Assembly (NCBI RefSeq): GCF_963921235.1
Contig: NC_086120.1
Coordinates: 8,742,001 to 8,806,000 of the forward strand
Length of the DNA: 64,000 nt
DNA from: Mobula hypostoma
Lineage: Eukaryota
Direction: 5' to 3'
Shown here: positions 59,560-64,000 of the stretch, one piece after another
How positions within the stretch are numbered: position 1 is the stretch's first letter
How the letters are laid out: each line of letters begins with the position of its first letter
Translations under genes and position numbers: made by a program
The notes under the pieces: model-generated
Databases searched by the model: none
What the model saw: only the letters and a program-made list of their open reading frames with translations
Told to the model about the DNA's origin: nothing

Positions 59560-61020
59560 TATTTTCTTGATTAGAAAACGTGTCAAAGGTTACAGGGAGA
59601 AGGCAGAAGAATGGGTATGAGAGGGATAACAAATCAGGAACAATGGAATAGAGCTACCGACTCAATGAGCCCAATGGCCGGTTTCTGCTCCTCTGTCCCG
59701 TGGTCCTATGGTGGAATTTATGAAAACAAATCATGAGGCCAGTCAGCACATTGGGACCATCTAAGCTCCCAAAAGAGCAACCCAATTAGTGTCCGTTTGT
59801 TCTCAAACATGCCATCAAGTCCTGGTAACACTAAAATCAATGGATATCATGAGGAAAGAAAAACAGTGACTGGAAGCATATATCACCGGAATAAGATGTT
59901 GTGGTTATTCTACATCAAACATCCCAGTCCCAGGATATCAATGCAGCATTTCCTGATGCTGTACATTCCACCTGCTGCTTCATCAATAACCATTGGAGAC
60001 ATAGTCATTGAATTAGATCATTTGGCCCATCAAGTCTGTCCTGCCATTGTCGATTAATTATACTTCTCAACGCCATTTGTCTGTCTTCTCCCTGTACACT
60101 CCCACGCACTTATGCATCAAGAGTCTATCAATCTCTGCTTTAAATATACCAGTTAACATGGACTCCACAGTGTCTCGGGTAATGAACTTCACATATTCAC
60201 CATTCTCTGGCTAAACAAATTCCTCAACTCTGTTTTGAAGTGACATCCTTGTAATCTGAGGCTCTGCTCTCTGGTCCTAGATTCTCCCACTATTGGAAAC
60301 ATCCTCCTCACGTCCACTCTACTAGGTTTTTCAATATTCAACAGGTTTCAATGAGATTTCAAACACCCCCACCCCGATTCCTCAAAGCTCCAGCAAGTAC
60401 AGGTCCAGACCCATCAAATTCAACTCGTATTTTAACCCTATCATTCGAGAAATCATTCTCGTGAACTTCCTTTCCAATGCCAGCACAGAATTTTCAAGAT
60501 AAGGGACTCGAAACTTCTCATAATATTCCACATGCAGTATGAGAAATGCATTGTAAAGCCCCAGCATTAAAACCTACAACTTAATCTTTTGGGATTCCTG
60601 CTCTGAGACACCTAGGTCTCTGCATGTCTAATTTCTGAAATTGTTCCCTGTTAAGAAAATAGTCCACAGAAGCGTATGAACACATACATCCCTAAACTGT
60701 ATTCTATCTGCCACATCTTTGCCAATTTTCCTCATCTGTCCAAGTCCTTCTCCATACTATATGCATCCTCAACACCACCTGCCCCTCCACCTATCTTTGT
60801 ATCATCCACAAACTTTGCTACAAAGTTATTGATTTGATCATCTAAATCATTGACATATAACATGAACAGATGTGGTCCCAACACTGACTCCTGCAGAACA
60901 CCACTAGTCACCAGCAGTCAACCACTAAAGGTCCCCTTTATTCTCCCTCTTTGTCACCTGCCAGTCAACCAATCTTCTGTCCATGCTAGTATCTGTCCTG
61001 TAAGACTATGGGATCTTATC
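59560..61020 (-). mobile_element. Degenerate CR1 fragments
   Basis: CR1 3'-end-like sequence at 59560-59710 and RT remnants at 60040-61020. Confidence 0.6.
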
Positions 61021-61355
61021 TTGTGGAATTGTTAATTAGGGAAACACCTAATGAGGCCATTCAGCCCATTGAGTCCCTACAACCTCCCAATAGGTTAACC
61101 CCATTGATGCCAGTTCCATTTTACTCCCACATGCCATCAAACATCATTTGATTCTTTGGTTGCATCATTGCAATGAGGTGCAATTTACAGTACCATATCT
61201 TCACTGTACAAGGAAAACAGAACATCATTGGGAAACTCAATGGTCACAGAGAGAACATACAAATTTCACATGGACAAGCTCAGAACCAAATCCAGGTTGC
61301 TGAAGCTGTGAGATATCAGCACTGTCTGACATGTCTCTCAGGTTACAAAGAACAC

Positions 61356-64000
61356 ATAGAAACCTAGAAAATAGGTGCAGGAGAAGGCCATTCGGCACGT
61401 TGAGCCTGCACTGCCATTCAGAATGATCATAGCTGATCATCCAACTCAGAACCCTGTACCTGCCTTCTCTTCATACCCGCTGATCCTTTTAACCACAAGG
61501 GCCATATCTAACTCCCTCTTAAATATAGCCAATGAACTGGCCTCAACTGTTTCCTGTGGCAGAGAATTCCACAGATTCACCACTCTCTGTGTGAAGAAGT
61601 TTTTCCTCATCTTGGCACTAAAAGGCTTCCCCTTTATCCTTAAACTGTGGCCCCTTGTTCTGGACTTGACCAACATCGGGAAAAATCTTCCTGCATCTAG
61701 CCTGTATAATCCCTTTAGAATTTTATACATTTCAATAAGATTCCCCTTCAATCTTCTAAATTCCAGAGAGTATAAGCCTAGTCGATACAGACTTTCATCA
61801 TATGAAAGTCCTGCCATCCCAGGAATCAATCTGGTGAACCTTCTTTGTACTCCCTCTATGGCAAGGATGTCTTTCCTCAGATTAGGGGACCAAAACTGCA
61901 CACAATACTCCAGGTGTGGTCTTACCAAGGCCTTGTACAACTGCTTAGAACCTTCCTGTTCCTGTACACGAATCCTCTTGCTATGAATGCCAGCATACCA
62001 TTCGCCTTTTTCACCGCCTGCTGTACCTGCATGCCCACTTTCAATGACTGGTGCACAATGACACCCAGGTCTCGTTGCACCTCCCCTTTTCCTAATCGGC
62101 CACCATTCAGATAATAATCTGTTTTCCTGTTCTTGCCACCAAAGAAGATAACCTCACATTTATCCACATTAAATTGCATCTGCCATGACTTTGCCCACTA
62201 ACCTAACCTATCCAAGTCACCCTGCATCCTCTTAGCATCCTCCTCACAGCTAACACTGCCGCCCAGCTTCGTGTCATCTGCAAACTTGGAAATGCTGCAT
62301 TTAATTCCCTCGTCTAAGTCATTAATATATATTGTAAACAACTGGGGTCCCAGCACTGAGCCTTGCGGTACCCCACTAGTCACTGCCTGCCATTCTGAAA
62401 AGGTCCCGTTTATTCCCACTCTTTGCTTCCTGTCTGCCAACCAATTCTTCATCCACATCAATACCTTACCCACAATACTGTGTGCTTTAAGTTTGCACAC
62501 TAATCTCCTGTGTGGGACCTTGTCAAAAGCCTTTTGAAAATCCAAATATACCACATCCACTGGTTCTCCCCTATCCACTCTACTAGTTACATCCTCAGAA
62601 AATTCTATGAGATTTGTCAGACATGATTTTCCTTTCACAAATCAATGCTGACTTTGTCTGATGATTTCACCGCTTTCCAAATGTGCTGTTATCACATCTT
62701 TGATAACTGACTCTAGCATTTTCCCTACCACCGAAGTCAGGCTTACCGGTCTGTAATTCCCTAGCTCCTCTCTCACTCCTTTTTTAAAAAGCGGGGTTAC
62801 ATTAGCAACCCTCCAATCCTCAGGAACTATTCCAGAATCTGAAGAGTTTTGAAAAATTATCACTAATGCATCCACTATTTCTTGTGCTCCTTCATTAAGC
62901 ACTCTGGGATGCAGACCATCTGGCCCTGGGGATTTATCTGCCTTCAATCCCTTCAATTTACCTAACACCACTTCCCTACTAACATGTATTTCCCTCAGTT
63001 CCTCCATCTCACTAGACCCTTGGTCCCCTACTATTTCCGGAAGATTATTTATGTCCTCCTTAGTGAAGACAGAACCAAAGTAGTTATTCAATTGCTCTGC
63101 AATGTCCTTGTTCCCCATGATCAATTCACCTGTTTCTGACTGTAAGGGACCTACATTTGTCTGAACCAATCTTTTTCTTTTCACATATCTGTAAAAGCTT
63201 TTACAGTCAGTTATATGTTCCATGCCAGTTTTCTCTCATAATCTTTTTTCCCTTTCTTAATTAAGCCCTTTGTCCTCCTCTGCTGGACTCTGAATTTCTC
63301 CCAGTCCTCAGGTGTGCTGCTTTTTCTGGCTAATTTGTCTGTTTCTTCTTTGGAATTGATACTATCCTTAATTTCCCTTGTGAGCTATGGGTGCACTACC
63401 TTCCCTGGTTTATTCTTTTGAGAAACTGAGATGAAGAATTGTTGTAGTTCATCCATGTGATCTTTAAATGTTTGCCATTGTATATCCATCGTCAATCCTT
63501 TAAGTGTCATTTGCCAGTCAATCTTAACTAATTCACGTCTCATACCCTTCTTTAAGTTCAGAACCTTTGTTTCTGAATTAACTATGTCACTCTCCATCTT
63601 AATGAAGAATTCCGCCATATCATGGTCACTCTTACCCAAGGGGCCTCGCATGACAAGATTGCTAACTAACCCCTCCTCATTACTCAATACCCAGTCTAGA
63701 ATGGCCTGCTGTCTCGCTGGTTCCTCGACATGTTGGTTCAGAAAACTATCCCGCATACATTTCAAGAAATCCTCTTCCTCAGCATCCTTACCAATTTGGT
63801 TCACCCAATCTAAATGTAGATTGAAGTCACCCATTACAACTGCTGTTCCTTTATTGCACGCATTTCTAATTTCCTGTTTAATGCCAACCCCAAACTCACT
63901 ACTACTGTTGGGTGGCCTGTATGCAACTCCAGCAGCGTCTTCTGCCCCTTAGTGTTATGCAGCTCGACCCATATCAATTCCACATCCTCCAGGCTAATAT
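61356..64000 (-). mobile_element. CR1-C LINE running off the window end
   Basis: Minus ORFs GDFNLHLDW (APE) and [27 protein letters not shown] (RT); AGAAAC tail near 61356-61368. Confidence 0.9.

Noticed and set aside
6984-63952. Numerous antisense ORFs of 60-200 aa overlapping CR1 ORF2
   Set aside because: They are shadow frames of LINE coding sequence that recur in each copy.

Overview
Eukaryotic, repeat-dominated vertebrate DNA, almost certainly from a cartilaginous fish and probably a ray or skate. This is inferred from the cluster-type immunoglobulin gene and the CR1/Rex1/Penelope repeat content. The only host gene is a compact Ig light-chain cluster on the + strand: octamer at 55889, leader exon 56009-56054, a germline-joined VJ exon 56139-56499 with no RSS, C exon 58127-58449 and polyA signal 58731. 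It looks sigma-family, probably type I/sigma-cart (NS5-like). As given, the V exon has a frameshift near 56300-56311. The gene sits in a CpG-rich island. Its J-C intron carries a TSD-flanked, Penelope-derived foldback insertion with a minimal hammerhead-ribozyme motif on each strand. The rest of the window holds a USP35-like processed pseudogene (about 2040-3183) and a four-level nest of transposons (CR1 > hAT > CR1 and Tc1 > CR1, 4846-18933). It also holds two copies of a palindromic Tc1 derivative, several Penelope foldbacks with hammerhead motifs, Gypsy remnants, a short non-autonomous LTR element with a nested solo LTR, Rex1/Babar LINE fragments, SINEs and many CR1 copies of different ages. 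Element boundaries were read by eye and are approximate unless a TSD or TIR is quoted. No database search was run.
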